Source: Podarcis erhardii
Taxonomy: Eukaryota
DNA length: 64,000 nt
Assembly (NCBI GenBank): GCA_964252035.1
Contig: OZ176202.1
Reading direction: 5' to 3' (one strand)
Shown: positions 63,141 to 64,000 of the stretch, one piece after another
Layout: each line of letters starts with the position of its first letter
Position numbering within the stretch: the first letter of the stretch is position 1
Position numbers and translations under genes: made by a program
The notes under the pieces: generated by a model
Seen by the model: the letters and a program-made list of their open reading frames with translations, nothing else
Databases searched by the model: none
What the model was told of the DNA's origin: nothing

Positions 63141-63503
63141 GTAAAGGTAAAGGGACCCCTGACCATTAGGTCCAGTCGTGACCGACTCTGGGGTTACGGC
63201 GCTCATCTCGCTTTATTGGCCAAGGGAGCCGGCATTTGTCTACAGACAGCTTCCGGGTCATGTGGCCAGCATGACAAAGCCGCTTCTGGCGAACCAGAGC
63301 AGCGCACAGGAACACCATTTACCTTCCCGCCAGAGTGGTACCTATTTATCTACTTGCAGTTTGACGTGCTGTCGAACTGCTAGGTTGGCAGGAGCAGGGA
63401 CCGAGCAACGGGAGCTCACTCCGTCACAGGGATTCGAACCGCCGACCTTCTGATCGGCAAGTCCTAGGCTCTGTGGATTAACCCACAGCGCCACCCGCGT
63501 CCC
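63141..63503 (-). mobile_element. Sauria SINE, full length
   Basis: GTAAAGGTAAAGGGACCCCTGACC...CGCCACCCGCGTCCC with CpGs largely intact. 13-bp TSD ATATTATAACATA at 63128-63140 and 63508-63520. Confidence 0.96.
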
Positions 63504-63960
63504 TTTTATATTATAACATACATAGGTATAAATTCAGATGGTGAAACAGTAGATTTTGGAATGAAAAATGATTTCAATCATTTCATTTTCTGTAAGGTTC
63601 AAAACAGTCCATGTTCATTAAAACCAAAAATACTTTTGGGGCAGTTAATAAAGTTCAGTCAATCATCTCTTACTAATGTTCGGTTGCATTTAAGTAAAGA
63701 TTCTTAGGGGTACTTCAAGACAACAAAGGGCTTCCAGTGTCTGATCCACAATGTATAAAAGTTTCTGAGCAACACCACTGTTGAGTATTGTTAGGAACTG
63801 CAAATGCTTCAGCAAACATTAATATCTAATTAAACCAAACTAGTCCATAATGAATCTGGAGGAGTGCAAGAATAGCACCTACAAAATTAATGACAAAATT
63901 AAAGAGGTGCTTTCTCTACCCCACCTCCAGTCCAGCCTTCTTTTTATTTGTTCCTATTCT

Positions 63961-63962
<2 letters not shown>

Positions 63963-63991
<29 letters not shown>
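63963..63991. repeat. (AC)14 microsatellite
   Basis: Direct reading of the sequence. Confidence 0.95.
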
Positions 63992-64000
63992 GCCCTCATC

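Overview
Vertebrate, repeat-rich, essentially non-coding DNA (large intron or intergenic region). The repeat content points to a squamate, most likely a lacertid lizard (Podarcis/Lacerta-like): five Sauria SINEs, a young Squam3-type SINE, Bov-B/RTE 3' ends, two copies of a young L1 3' end, L2 and CR1 relics, tRNA-Lys-derived SINEs, Tc1/mariner (Tigger-like) and hAT MITEs, several LTR-like segments, microsatellites and a 141-N assembly gap. I recognise no protein-coding gene. The supplied ORFs are either retroelement remnants (Bov-B, L1, L2) or chance ORFs. I found no convincing new biological system. Best leads: (i) an L1 5' junction where the element end and the target site are each tandemly re-copied; (ii) two Bov-B copies breaking at the same template position; (iii) a CpG-retaining 89-nt candidate exon at 54947-55035; (iv) an enhancer-like or terminal-exon-like block at about 48.2-48.6 kb; (v) LTR-like elements carrying coding-like tracts. 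Family names come from recalled consensus sequences, not a database search. Boundaries are approximate unless a target-site duplication (TSD) is quoted.
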